A stretch of DNA of 64,000 nucleotides from Candidatus Omnitrophota bacterium (lineage in GTDB: Bacteria; Omnitrophota; Gorgyraeia; Velamenicoccales; JABMQK01). Location: assembly GCA_028711115.1 (NCBI GenBank), contig JAQTSV010000001.1, positions 1,368,928-1,432,927 of the forward strand. The letters are read 5' to 3'. Positions 27,151-36,178 of this stretch are shown here, in pieces (within the stretch, counting starts at the first letter, position 1; each line of letters begins with the position of its first letter). The notes below the pieces were generated by a model. It ran no database searches, was not told the DNA's origin, and saw only the letters and a program-made list of their open reading frames with translations. Made by a program: the position numbers and the translations under genes.

Positions 27151-30084
27151 TCAAAACCTCAACGTCTTTTGCCAGCTTTCTTTCAAATTCCAAATATCTT
27201 CGTCAACCACAACTTTGCCATCCAAACCGAAAATCTTTAACTGTTCTTTATCAGTGACACAGCCGATTAAGCCAAAAGGCAACCCCTTAATTAACTTTTC
27301 GAATTCTTTTTGTTTATCTTTTTCTACTTCCACGATAAATCTTGAGTTTGATTCCGAGAATAAAATCAAATCGTCGCGTTTTGGATTTTGGATTTTGGAT
27401 TTTGGATTTGTTTCGGATTTCGGATTTCGGATTTCGGATTTTCCAACTGGTACTTCTCCCAAGAATACTTCCGCGCCCAAACCGCCGGAAAAAGCCATCT
27501 CAGCCAATGCCACAGCTAATCCGCCGTCTGAACAGTCGTGCGAAGAACAAACCAGTTCTGAATTTGTTGCTTTGCTCAATGCCTGCATAATTTTTTTGGC
27601 GTAATTTTTATTAACCTTTGGCACGTTTGCGCCTAAATTTCCCAAAACATCATAATAAATCGAGCCGCCCAATTCATCGCTGGTTTCGCCCAAACAATAA
27701 ATCAAATTTCCTTCTTTTTTAAAATCAGACGAAACTGCTTTTTTTACGTCGCGCATTACGCTGATTGCGGAAATTAAAATTGTCCCGGCAATCGGTATGG
27801 AACGGCCGTGCACCATAAATTCGTTATTTAAACTGTCTTTTCCCGAGATAAACGGCGCGCCGAAATATTTGGAAAAATCATAACAGGCCTGGGCAGCGCG
27901 GACAATTCCGGCGAGCCTATCGGGCTTATCGGGATTTCCCCAGCAAAAATTATCCAATAACGCCACTTCCTCGAGCGAGCCGCCGACTGAAATAATTTGG
28001 CGAAGCGCTTCATCGATGCAGGACGCTGTCATCCAATACGGATCAATCAAACCGTACCTAAAATTTATTCCGCAGGAAATAATTATACCTTTATCCGAAT
28101 TTAAAAGCGGACGCGCGATAGCTGCGTCCTGAGGCCCGTCGTTTGAAACTCCGGCTAACGGCTTTAACACCGAGCCGCCCTGGACTTCGTGGTCGTATTG
28201 GCGGATAATCCACTCTTTGGAACAAATGTTGGGATGCGATAAAACTTTATTTAAAACAGCACCCAGGTCTTTCGCCTCTTTTATTTTCGGCTCTTTGTGT
28301 TCTTTTTTAATCCAAATCGCTTTTTTGGTTATTTTGGGATTTCCTTTGTGCAAAAATTCCATATCCAAATCGCAGACTTTTTTTCTTTGATAAAATAATT
28401 CTAATTTTCCTGTATCGGTAAACTCGCCCAAAACAGTTACGTCCGCATTTTCTAAATCAAAAATCTCTTTTAGCCTTTTCAGATTTTTCTTGGGAACAGA
28501 TAAAACCATTCTCTCCTGCGCCTCAGAAATCCAGATTTCGGTGTAAGTCAGGCCTTTATATTTTAAGGGGACTTTTTCCAAGTCAACTCTTGCGCCCAAT
28601 TCTTCTCCCATTTCGCCCACTGCGCTGGACAAGCCTCCGGCGCCGCAATCTGTAATCGCAGAATATAAATTTTCATCGCGCGCCTTAAGGATTGCCTCGA
28701 GCATTTTCTTCTCGGTGATAGGATTTCCTATCTGCACGGCGCCGCCGGAAATACTCTCCGATTCGTGCGTCAATTCTCCGGATGAAAAAGTCGCGCCGTG
28801 AATTCCGTCCCTGCCGGTTTTTCCGCCTACAACAATAACCAAGTCGCCTGTTTTGGTTTTCTTAAAAGATTTATCCTTGGGCATTATGCCAACGGTGCCG
28901 CAATACACTAAAGGATTTCCCACAAAAGATTCGTCGAATAAAACCGCTCCGTTTACCGTGGGAATTCCCATTTTGTTTCCGTAATCCCTTACTCCGGAGA
29001 CAACGCCTTTCATCACTCTTTTGGGATGAAGTGTGCCTTTGGGAAGTTTTGAATACGGATAATCAATCGGCCCAAAACAAAACACGTCTGTGTTTAATAT
29101 CGGCTTTGAACCCAAACCCGTGCCCATAGGGTCTCTTATCACTCCGCCGATTCCTGTGTTGGCGCCGCCAAAAGGCTCCAACGCCGAGGGATGATTATGA
29201 GTTTCCACCTTAAAACAAACGTTATAATCTTTGTCAAATTTTATCACGCCGGAATTATCCTTAAAAACCGAAACGCACCAGGGCTTGTTTAATTCTTCGG
29301 TTGCTTTGGCTATAGTAGATTTCAAAAGGTTGTTTATTGTTTTCTTTCTGCCATTTTCGCTATATTCAATCAATCCTCTGAATGTCTTATGGTTACAATG
29401 TTCGGACCAGGTCTGGGCGATTGTTTCCAGTTCGCAGTCAGTAGGATTTCTCTCCAGCGAGCGAAAATAATCTTTTATCGCGCGCATTTCCGTAAGATTT
29501 AAAAACAGCTGGCCGTTTTTGCTTATCTTTTCCAATTCCTTGTCATCCGCTCCCAGGATATCAACTTTTACCAGTTTAAATTTATATTCCAAAGGCTTAT
29601 GCTCTGAAAACATATCTTTTATATTAACAATGCGTTCTATTGTCTTATTGTATAAAAGTTTTTCGCAGATTTTATTGAAATCTCCTTGCGAGATATTTCC
29701 TAAAAGAGCGTATTTTTTGGATGTGTGCAATGCCTGGATATTTTTTATCCCTAAATCCCTTATGCCTTTTAAGGCTGATTCTTCGACGGGATCCATAACT
29801 CCGGGGTTGTAGGCGATTTCGACAACTTTCATTTGCGAATCAGAGAAAAAACCGTCTTTGGGTTTGGAAACAATTCTAAACTCTTGCGAAATTTTATCGA
29901 TTAATAATTCACGCGAGATTTTAATGATTTCCTGGCGGGATAATTTTCCCTGAAGATAATATATCTGGACGAAACGAACTTCTTCGACGCAATTTATGCC
30001 TAAGTCTAAGACGCCTTTTTTTACACTCTCCCCGACCGCATCAAAAATACCTTCCCTGTCTTTGACTTCTACCCTGAAGAGCAT
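27151..30084 (-). CDS. purL: FGAM synthase II PurL with N-terminal PurS-like extension (PurS-PurL fusion)
   Basis: 977 aa. The core carries TWSEHCNHKTF, VETHNHPS and GGKTGRDGIHGATFSS. About 180 extra N-terminal residues look like two PurS-like repeats. No separate purS is present in the operon. Confidence 0.9.
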   Translation of the reverse strand: MLFRVEVKDREGIFDAVGESVKKGVLDLGINCVEEVRFVQIYYLQGKLSRQEIIKISRELLIDKISQEFRIVSKPKDGFFSDSQMKVVEIAYNPGVMDPVEESALKGIRDLGIKNIQALHTSKKYALLGNISQGDFNKICEKLLYNKTIERIVNIKDMFSEHKPLEYKFKLVKVDILGADDKELEKISKNGQLFLNLTEMRAIKDYFRSLERNPTDCELETIAQTWSEHCNHKTFRGLIEYSENGRKKTINNLLKSTIAKATEELNKPWCVSVFKDNSGVIKFDKDYNVCFKVETHNHPSALEPFGGANTGIGGVIRDPMGTGLGSKPILNTDVFCFGPIDYPYSKLPKGTLHPKRVMKGVVSGVRDYGNKMGIPTVNGAVLFDESFVGNPLVYCGTVGIMPKDKSFKKTKTGDLVIVVGGKTGRDGIHGATFSSGELTHESESISGGAVQIGNPITEKKMLEAILKARDENLYSAITDCGAGGLSSAVGEMGEELGARVDLEKVPLKYKGLTYTEIWISEAQERMVLSVPKKNLKRLKEIFDLENADVTVLGEFTDTGKLELFYQRKKVCDLDMEFLHKGNPKITKKAIWIKKEHKEPKIKEAKDLGAVLNKVLSHPNICSKEWIIRQYDHEVQGGSVLKPLAGVSNDGPQDAAIARPLLNSDKGIIISCGINFRYGLIDPYWMTASCIDEALRQIISVGGSLEEVALLDNFCWGNPDKPDRLAGIVRAAQACYDFSKYFGAPFISGKDSLNNEFMVHGRSIPIAGTILISAISVMRDVKKAVSSDFKKEGNLIYCLGETSDELGGSIYYDVLGNLGANVPKVNKNYAKKIMQALSKATNSELVCSSHDCSDGGLAVALAEMAFSGGLGAEVFLGEVPVGKSEIRNPKSETNPKSKIQNPKRDDLILFSESNSRFIVEVEKDKQKEFEKLIKGLPFGLIGCVTDKEQLKIFGLDGKVVVDEDIWNLKESWQKTLRF
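27381..27442. repeat. Heptanucleotide tandem repeats inside purL: (GGATTTT)x3-4 then (CGGATTT)x4
   Basis: The plus strand reads ttGGATTTTGGATTTTGGATTTTGGATTTGTTTCGGATTTCGGATTTCGGATTTCGGATTTt. This encodes ...SEIRNPKSETNPKSKIQNPKRDD... in PurL. Confidence 0.9.
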
Positions 30085-30153
30085 AAAACTTGCTTTCTAT
30101 CTGAGGAATATTATTGAATTTTAAGAAAAGAGCTGTTTCTATAGCTAGTGTTA

Positions 30154-30861
30154 TTATATCGAAAATATTCTCTTATACATTTCTTTGTAGGCTTCCTCTA
30201 TATTTCCGAGGTCTCTGCGGAAACGGTCTTTGTCGAGTTTCTCGCCGGTGGAACTGTCCCAGAAACGGCAGGTATCCGGGGAGATTTCATCCGCCAAGAT
30301 AATCTTTCCCTTAAATCTGCCGAACTCCAGCTTAAAGTCCACCAAAGTTACATTTACTTTGGCAAAGAAATCTTTGAGCACTTCGTTTATCTTCAAAGAA
30401 AGCCTAGCTATCTTTTTCATTTCTTTTTCTGTGGCCAATTTTAATGCCTGGATGTGATCATCATTAATCAAAGGGTCGTGCAGGGAATCATTTTTATAAT
30501 GATATTCCAGGACCGGTTTCTCGAGTTTTATGCCTTCTGCCAAACCCAGCATCTTGCTCATTCCTCCGGCGGTAATGTTACGCACGGTGACTTCCACGGG
30601 AATTATCTCCACCTTTTTCACCAGCATCTCCCTGTCGTTTAACAATCTTACGAAATGAATGGGCACGCCGGCATTCTTCAGCAGTTCAAACAATTTTGCG
30701 GAAATCTTGTTATTATAAATACCTTTTTCTAAAATTGTGCCGCGTTTTGTGGCGTCGAATGCCGTGGCGTCGTCTTTAAAATACTGGATTAAAAGATGCG
30801 GTTTTTTTGTGGTGTAAAGAATTTTTGCCTTGCCTTCGTAAATTTTTTCGAGTTTTGTCAT
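30154..30861 (-). CDS. purC: SAICAR synthetase
   Basis: YEGKAKILY and ILADEISPDTCRFWD motifs. Confidence 0.95.
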   Translation of the reverse strand: MTKLEKIYEGKAKILYTTKKPHLLIQYFKDDATAFDATKRGTILEKGIYNNKISAKLFELLKNAGVPIHFVRLLNDREMLVKKVEIIPVEVTVRNITAGGMSKMLGLAEGIKLEKPVLEYHYKNDSLHDPLINDDHIQALKLATEKEMKKIARLSLKINEVLKDFFAKVNVTLVDFKLEFGRFKGKIILADEISPDTCRFWDSSTGEKLDKDRFRRDLGNIEEAYKEMYKRIFSI

Positions 30862-30873
30862 GGCGCGCTCCCT

Positions 30874-32169
30874 CTAATTTATACCGACTTCTTTATAAAT
30901 TTTATCCACGAACCGCGTGTAATAATTGATATCAAAACACGATTCGATTTCGCTGTTGGAAAGATGGCGGCGGACCTTGGAATCGTGCATCAGCACTTCT
31001 TTAAAATCCCTCTTGGTCTGCCAGACAACCATAGAACAGCGCTGCACTATATTGTATGCCTCAGGCCGGGACAGGCCTTTACGCATAAGTTCAAGCAGGA
31101 TCCTTTGCGAAAATATCAAACCATTAGTCTTGGATAAATTCAAAATCATATTATTGGGATAAACCACGAGATTATCCAGAATTTTTATTGCCTCCTGCAA
31201 GGCGTAATCCAAAATTATGGTAGAATCCGGAAGGATTACCCTCTCAACCGACGAGTGGCTTATGTCACGCTCATGCCAGAGATTGACATCATCCAATGCT
31301 GCCTGGGCATTGGCTTTCAAAATGCGCGCAATTCCTGAAATCCTCTCACAGGTAATGGGATTTTTCTTATGCGGCATTGCAGATGAGCCTTTCTGATCCT
31401 TGGAAAAAGATTCCTCGGCTTCTAAAACTTCCGTCTTCTGCAGATGGCGTATCTCTGTGGTAATTTTATCCAGTGTGGCGCTAACCAAAGCAAGAGCGAA
31501 TACATATTGAGCGTGGCGGTCGCGCGGAATCACCTGTGTAGACGAAGTGGAGGCGGCTAAATTCAATTTATCGCAGACATGTTTTTCTACTGCGGGCTCG
31601 ATATGGGCATAAGTGCCTACTGCGCCGGATAATTTACCCACTCTCACCGCTTCACGCGCATCCTCTAACCGTTTTAAATTGCGTTTCATTTCATCATACC
31701 AGAGTGCAAACTTCAAACCAAAGGTAATGGGCTCGGCATGGATTCCGTGTGTGCGGCCCACGCAAATCGTCTTTTTATATTTCTTTGCCTTTTTGGCAAG
31801 AACCTCCAGCAAAGATTTTGCGTCTTCTATAATAATATCTATGGCCTCTACCATCTGTATGGCCAAAGACGTATCCAGAATATCATTGGAAGTCAGGCCC
31901 ATATGCAGGTAACGGGCATCCTGGCCTAAATGCTCGGAGATATTATTGATAAAGGCGACGATGTCGTGTTTTGTCTTTGCTTCTAATTCCTGTATGCGTT
32001 CGATATCAAACTTAGCTTTCTTCTTGATATTAAGGTAGGACTTCTTGGGGATTTTATTCAATTTGGACAGTGCTTCGATTGTGAGTATTTCAATCTGAAG
32101 CATCTTTTCAAATTTATTCTGCTCGCTCCAGATCTTTTCCATCTTGGGCAAAGTGTATCTCGGGATCAT
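30874..32169 (-). CDS. purB: Adenylosuccinate lyase
   Basis: GLTSNDILDT and the SSAMPHKKNP signature. Confidence 0.95.
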   Translation of the reverse strand: MIPRYTLPKMEKIWSEQNKFEKMLQIEILTIEALSKLNKIPKKSYLNIKKKAKFDIERIQELEAKTKHDIVAFINNISEHLGQDARYLHMGLTSNDILDTSLAIQMVEAIDIIIEDAKSLLEVLAKKAKKYKKTICVGRTHGIHAEPITFGLKFALWYDEMKRNLKRLEDAREAVRVGKLSGAVGTYAHIEPAVEKHVCDKLNLAASTSSTQVIPRDRHAQYVFALALVSATLDKITTEIRHLQKTEVLEAEESFSKDQKGSSAMPHKKNPITCERISGIARILKANAQAALDDVNLWHERDISHSSVERVILPDSTIILDYALQEAIKILDNLVVYPNNMILNLSKTNGLIFSQRILLELMRKGLSRPEAYNIVQRCSMVVWQTKRDFKEVLMHDSKVRRHLSNSEIESCFDINYYTRFVDKIYKEVGIN

Positions 32170-32240
32170 ATTTAACCTTCCTTGATTAAGATTATTTGGT
32201 GGGAAATTATCCCTTTTTAAGCCTTCTTTCAGGAAGTCAT

Positions 32241-32269
32241 ACTATAGCAAAAATACCTTATTTCGTCAA
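32241..32269 (-). promoter_or_regulatory. Putative sigma70 promoter of the pur gene string (-35 TTGACG, 17 nt, -10 TATAGT)
   Basis: The minus strand reads TTGACGaaataaggtatttttgcTATAGT, about 70 nt upstream of the purB ATG. An AAGGAAGG RBS is present. Confidence 0.6.
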
Positions 32270-32350
32270 CTTATTTTGCCATTTTTACGCTGATAATAAC
32301 GCATAACTTGCTGAATTATTGCAAATTATTGGATTTTAGGGGTTTAAACC

Positions 32351-32386
32351 AAAAAATCCCCTCAGTTTATAACTTGAGGGGATTTT
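32351..32386 (-). terminator. Intrinsic terminator after the DUF4190 gene
   Basis: The minus strand reads AAAATCCCCTCAAG-ttataaa-CTGAGGGGATTTTTTGG, a GC-rich stem followed by a U-tract. Confidence 0.8.
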
Positions 32387-32412
32387 ACCTGTAAACACCT
32401 TGACTTAAAATA

Positions 32413-32691
32413 CTATTTCGCGTTATTAATTATGCTTTTCGCCAGTTCTATGGCATGAGGCATTATGATTATGGCAAGCAGAGTATAGATAATGCCGAGA
32501 ATAATGCCTGCCATGGCCATCTTCTTGCCTCTCTGAGACTCATCCTGTTTAATCCGCTTCAATGCCAAAATACCGAAAACAACAGCAGTGATGCTGCGTT
32601 CCAGGCCAAACAGCTGGATAAAGGAAAGAATGCCTATGGTAAGACTGGCAATGGCCAATTCATTATAGTAAGAAGATTTTTCCGGTTCCAT
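32413..32691 (-). CDS. DUF4190-like small membrane protein
   Basis: 92 aa with two long hydrophobic segments and the GILALKRIK...G...AMAGIILG pattern. Confidence 0.55.
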   Translation of the reverse strand: MEPEKSSYYNELAIASLTIGILSFIQLFGLERSITAVVFGILALKRIKQDESQRGKKMAMAGIILGIIYTLLAIIIMPHAIELAKSIINNAK

Positions 32692-32712
32692 AATAACTCC
32701 TGTGTTGATATT

Positions 32713-33522
32713 TTATTGCGGCGCGGCTGCAGGTTCTGTTTTCGAAGCCGGAGTTGCTGGCGCTGCCGGTGCCGGTGTTGGCGCTGCCGCTGGTACTGGT
32801 GCTGGCACTGCTGCCGGCTGTTCACTTTTTACTTCTGGTTCGCTCTTTGCCGCCTCTTCACTCTTTGTCTCCGCAGATGGCTTAGGCGTCTTTGCCGAAA
32901 CAAGCCCGGCCACTTCTAAAATCTTTATTCTGTTGAGGAGAATCTTTTCTTTTATGCGCTTTAGTATAACGTCAAAACAACTGGCCAGGTCCGCATTGGC
33001 CCTTTCTGTCTTAAAATTATAGATATTATATGTAGTCTCCTTCTTATATGATTCGATAAAGCCGAAAATAACATCGTTTGTCCTGTTCTTCTTTAATTCC
33101 AGATAAATTTCTGCCTCACTGTAAACCCTTGTGGAAGGCAGTCCGAAAAACGGCAGGACATTCAACCCCGGAATATATGAAATCATTGTGTCGAAAGAAA
33201 CCCAGTTAAACTTTTTGATCTCTCCGCAGATGACAATGCTGTCCTTCTCCAGGGCAGGAAAGTGTATCTCGTCGAATATCCCTTCATCCCGAAGCATCTT
33301 TAAAATTTCGCCGGATACCTTTTCTCTTACGCTGGTCATATAGGAAACATCTTCCTGCGGACGCTTATCTTCCAGAAGGTTAAATCCGATTGTGATGGGA
33401 ATGTCGTTCTCTATTGCGGCCTGTTTTTCGCCCGAGGCGCCTCTGGCTTTTGTATGCAGGCTGGCGCAGCCGCTGAAAGCACCTAACGCCAATACCAATA
33501 TAAATATGGATATTTTTTTCAT
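32713..33522 (-). CDS. Lipoprotein with C-terminal Ala/Pro-rich tail, function unknown
   Basis: Signal peptide with lipobox LGAFSGC. The last ~60 aa are KSE/PAAxP low-complexity sequence, encoded by a locally GC-rich tract. Confidence 0.6.
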   Translation of the reverse strand: MKKISIFILVLALGAFSGCASLHTKARGASGEKQAAIENDIPITIGFNLLEDKRPQEDVSYMTSVREKVSGEILKMLRDEGIFDEIHFPALEKDSIVICGEIKKFNWVSFDTMISYIPGLNVLPFFGLPSTRVYSEAEIYLELKKNRTNDVIFGFIESYKKETTYNIYNFKTERANADLASCFDVILKRIKEKILLNRIKILEVAGLVSAKTPKPSAETKSEEAAKSEPEVKSEQPAAVPAPVPAAAPTPAPAAPATPASKTEPAAAPQ

Positions 33523-33661
33523 TGTCTTAAATAACTTTGCCTAACTAATATACACCAAACCAATTGAACTTACAATAAAAAAATCTGTTACCGGAAAATC
33601 ATCCGCAGAAAAAATTAAACCTTTACATAATGTTTTTGAAATGATATAAAATACGTAACTT

Positions 33662-34720
33662 ATGAGAACATATAATAAATTAATATTGGCTGTACTTATA
33701 ATATTTATCTCCCTGCCATTTTTCTGCGGCTACGCATCGCTGCAGAATAAAACCATAAGCGCCTGGCTGGCATACTGGGATATTAAAAATGGCATGTGGC
33801 AGCTCAAGAATAATTTCTTGGACAAGATAGACGAAGTGGCCCTGTTTTTTTATGCCCTTGATAAAGACGGTAATATCGTAAATATCGCCAAAGACCCCGG
33901 GGAATGCCGTCAGGTAATCGATACTCTGCATCAATTAGGCATAAAAGCCATTCCCGCCGTTACCAATGACGTCATCTACTCCGCCTCGGAAAAGAAAATC
34001 AAGGAGCCGCAGATACTGCACGATATTTTAAGCGATGAAAATTCCAGGCAGAAACATATCCAGCGCCTTATGGAGATAATAAAAGAGACCAATGCCGACG
34101 GCATAGATATAGATTATGAAAATATGTATACGGAAGATAACGAGCTGTTTGCACTGTTTATCAGAGAACTGGCCGATACGCTGCACGGCGAAAATAAAAC
34201 TTTGATTGTCACGGTGCAGCAAAAAATAGAAGACCACCGGAAATCCTGGGCAGGGACCGTCAACTGGCGCCAAATCGCCAAATACGCAGACAGGGTTACG
34301 ATTATGTGTTACAACTATTCCTCCAAAGTAAGCAGGCCCGGGCCCATCTGCCCTGCCTTCTGGCTAATAGATATCATCGAATTCGCAAAGTCGCAGATAC
34401 CTTTGGAGAAAATCAGTATTGCCCTGGGATTTTACGGCTACGACTGGTCAAAGGGTGAAGCAAATACTGTGAATTTCAGGCAGGCCAAAGCCCTGGCTGA
34501 ATCAAACAATACTAAAATAAACTGGGATAAAAAAAGCCAAAGCCCTTATTTTTCCTACTCTAAAGACGGCGCCGGGCACGTAGTATGGTTTGAAAACGAA
34601 CAGAGTATGGCAAAAAAAATACAAATCCTCAGGAAATATAAAATCCAAAGTATCTCCCTCTGGCACATGGGTTTATTAGACCCTGTCTTCTTAGAAGACA
34701 TTACATCATTTTCCAAATAG
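33662..34720 (+). CDS. Glycoside hydrolase family 18-like protein (secreted/anchored)
   Basis: N-terminal hydrophobic anchor. A DGIDIDYE catalytic motif (DxxDxDxE) and a C-terminal SLWHMG. Confidence 0.75.
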   Translation: MRTYNKLILAVLIIFISLPFFCGYASLQNKTISAWLAYWDIKNGMWQLKNNFLDKIDEVALFFYALDKDGNIVNIAKDPGECRQVIDTLHQLGIKAIPAVTNDVIYSASEKKIKEPQILHDILSDENSRQKHIQRLMEIIKETNADGIDIDYENMYTEDNELFALFIRELADTLHGENKTLIVTVQQKIEDHRKSWAGTVNWRQIAKYADRVTIMCYNYSSKVSRPGPICPAFWLIDIIEFAKSQIPLEKISIALGFYGYDWSKGEANTVNFRQAKALAESNNTKINWDKKSQSPYFSYSKDGAGHVVWFENEQSMAKKIQILRKYKIQSISLWHMGLLDPVFLEDITSFSK

Positions 34721-34759
34721 AAATTAAATCAAAATATAACCGGAATTGAAATTCAGGAA

Positions 34760-35203
34760 TTACTTTTTGACAGGAAGAGTTTTGACTGTAGTTTTTTCTT
34801 CATATCGTGGAGAAATAGAAATAACCAAAGAACCGCCGCTGCCTTTGTATGAAAATTTGACGATGCAGATTTCATTGTCTTTCTCAAAACTGAGAAGTGT
34901 ATCTTTGCTTTCAATAACATTCAATATGCGCCAGCCTAAATTGGGCATATTGTCCTTATAAAACTTGACAATCTTATAAGGAAAACTGCTGCCGTAATAT
35001 TCCAATACGCCGATTCTCACCTTACCCGCTTCATAAACAAAGGAATTCAGGGGAAAGAATTTAAATCCCATGGGGACAGGTATATCGTCGAAGCGCGAGA
35101 TGTCCGATTTTCCCAGATCATCTGCCTTGAAATGATAATATCCCGGCGAGGCACAACCGCAGATAAAAACAGATAAAACAATAGCGTAAAATATTTTTTT
35201 CAT
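34760..35203 (-). CDS. Hypothetical lipoprotein
   Basis: MKKIFYAIVLSVFICGC lipobox. No other motif recognised. Confidence 0.55.
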   Translation of the reverse strand: MKKIFYAIVLSVFICGCASPGYYHFKADDLGKSDISRFDDIPVPMGFKFFPLNSFVYEAGKVRIGVLEYYGSSFPYKIVKFYKDNMPNLGWRILNVIESKDTLLSFEKDNEICIVKFSYKGSGGSLVISISPRYEEKTTVKTLPVKK

Positions 35204-35289
35204 CTTGATTTAGATTAACAAGTTACGATTAAAATGTCAATTATTATTTAACTTATGCGGGCGGGAAATTATTCTCTGGGGAATCTCAT

Positions 35290-35529
35290 TTACATTTGCT
35301 GCAATAGCTGCTGGTAAGAACTGTCGAAGAAATTTAAGGAATACTTGAGCATAAGCCAAAGAATGTAGCTTATGGCAATAATTATGGCGGTTATGATGAT
35401 TTTCTTTCTTGTGCTGAAATTGGGATTGAACCAGACCAACGGTAGCATAAACGGCCCCACGCAAAGAAACGCAACCACCAACCCGTAGGTCTTAAAATAC
35501 CACTTAACCTGTGATTTATCGTCTGACAT
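35290..35529 (-). CDS. Hypothetical small membrane protein
   Basis: Two hydrophobic helices. I chose the ATG at 35529 (MSDDKSQVKWYF) over the upstream TTG at 35550. Confidence 0.4.
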   Translation of the reverse strand: MSDDKSQVKWYFKTYGLVVAFLCVGPFMLPLVWFNPNFSTRKKIIITAIIIAISYILWLMLKYSLNFFDSSYQQLLQQM

Positions 35530-35588
35530 TTTCGTAATATCTGCCAACAAATTTCTAGAGGATTAATTGTTGTTTATTCACTGATTCA

Positions 35589-35762
35589 CTATGTTTGTTT
35601 CTTTTCTAATAAATTTATTATTATACTAAGTTTTCTACTTACCGCGCCGATATGGAACCAAATCATAGGTAAAGCAAAAAATGTTCCTATGGCAAAGCCA
35701 ATTAATACTACTATTATTCCAACAACGATTATCCCACCAAATGCATATAATCCAGGATACAT
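35589..35762 (-). CDS. Hypothetical 57-aa two-helix membrane peptide
   Basis: ATG at 35762 is preceded by AGGAGGTGTAAA. The sequence is very hydrophobic. Confidence 0.45.
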   Translation of the reverse strand: MYPGLYAFGGIIVVGIIVVLIGFAIGTFFALPMIWFHIGAVSRKLSIIINLLEKKQT

Positions 35763-35782
35763 TTTACACCTCCTGCGTGAAC

Positions 35783-35816
35783 AAAAAAACAACCCCCTAT
35801 TTAGAGAGTTGCCTTA
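35783..35816 (-). terminator. Intrinsic terminator (13-bp stem, AAAU loop, U-tract) overlapping the stop codon of the 111-aa gene
   Basis: The minus strand reads AAGGCAACUCUCU-AAAU-AGGGGGUUGUUUUUUU. Confidence 0.75.
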
Positions 35817-36149
35817 GCTTTTCATTTCGGCTTTTATTTCTTTGCTAAATTGTATGCCTAAGCTGCTAATCCTGCCGCCTGCCATAACAATAAACAGCAT
35901 AAACAGATAATATAAAAACACATTTACGACTTTTCTCGCCTGCGCATCCAAGGCGATATTTACCACTGTGGGCTGGCTACCATTGGCCACGGAAGTCGTG
36001 GTAATACTTAGACTCTGCATCTGGAATATTTCAGGCGGTTTGCTTACATCTGTAAACACATTATACATGGAAAAAAGGGCAAACACTATGCAGGCCAGCC
36101 CGATAAAAAACAGAACATAACCAAAAATCTTTTCTGCGGATGAATCCAT
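35814..36149 (-). CDS. Hypothetical membrane protein (111 aa)
   Basis: Two TM helices flank a ~40-aa loop. The start lies 30 nt downstream of the FG-GAP gene stop. Confidence 0.45.
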   Translation of the reverse strand: MDSSAEKIFGYVLFFIGLACIVFALFSMYNVFTDVSKPPEIFQMQSLSITTTSVANGSQPTVVNIALDAQARKVVNVFLYYLFMLFIVMAGGRISSLGIQFSKEIKAEMKS

Positions 36150-36178
36150 TTTCCCCTCCTGGAATAAAATGCAATGCC

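Noticed and set aside
27381-27442. Possible CRISPR-like or other spaced repeat array at the GGATTTT/CGGATTT repeats
   Set aside because: The units are 7 nt, directly tandem with no spacers, and lie in-frame inside purL. This is a microsatellite, not a CRISPR array. I saw no CRISPR-like repeat-spacer structure anywhere in the window.
32170-32350. Purine or ZTP riboswitch upstream of purB
   Set aside because: The ~65-nt leader after the predicted promoter is too short for such an element. It lacks the conserved purine-riboswitch junction sequences as I remember them. It contains only the RBS.
32455-33022. Plus-strand ORFs (32455-32919 and 32702-33022), one encoding a striking Cys/Arg/Trp-rich peptide (…CRFCFRSRSCWRCRCRCWRCRWYWCWHCC…)
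   Set aside because: They are antisense to the DUF4190 gene and to the Ala/Pro-rich tail of the lipoprotein. The odd composition is the mirror image of GCN/CCN codon runs. There is no RBS or independent support.
34721-34759. Bidirectional terminator between the convergent GH18 and lipoprotein genes (CCGGAATTGAAATTCAGG)
   Set aside because: The stem is imperfect, the apparent 2-nt loop is too small, and there are no flanking T/A-runs. The evidence is not convincing.
35237-35464. 75-aa ORF (MRGAVYATVG…HKKENHHNRHNY…) overlapping the 35290-35529 membrane-protein gene on the same strand in another frame
   Set aside because: It almost completely overlaps a more plausible hydrophobic ORF. It has no RBS and a His/Asn-rich composition typical of out-of-frame translation of AT-rich membrane genes. 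I cannot exclude it completely.
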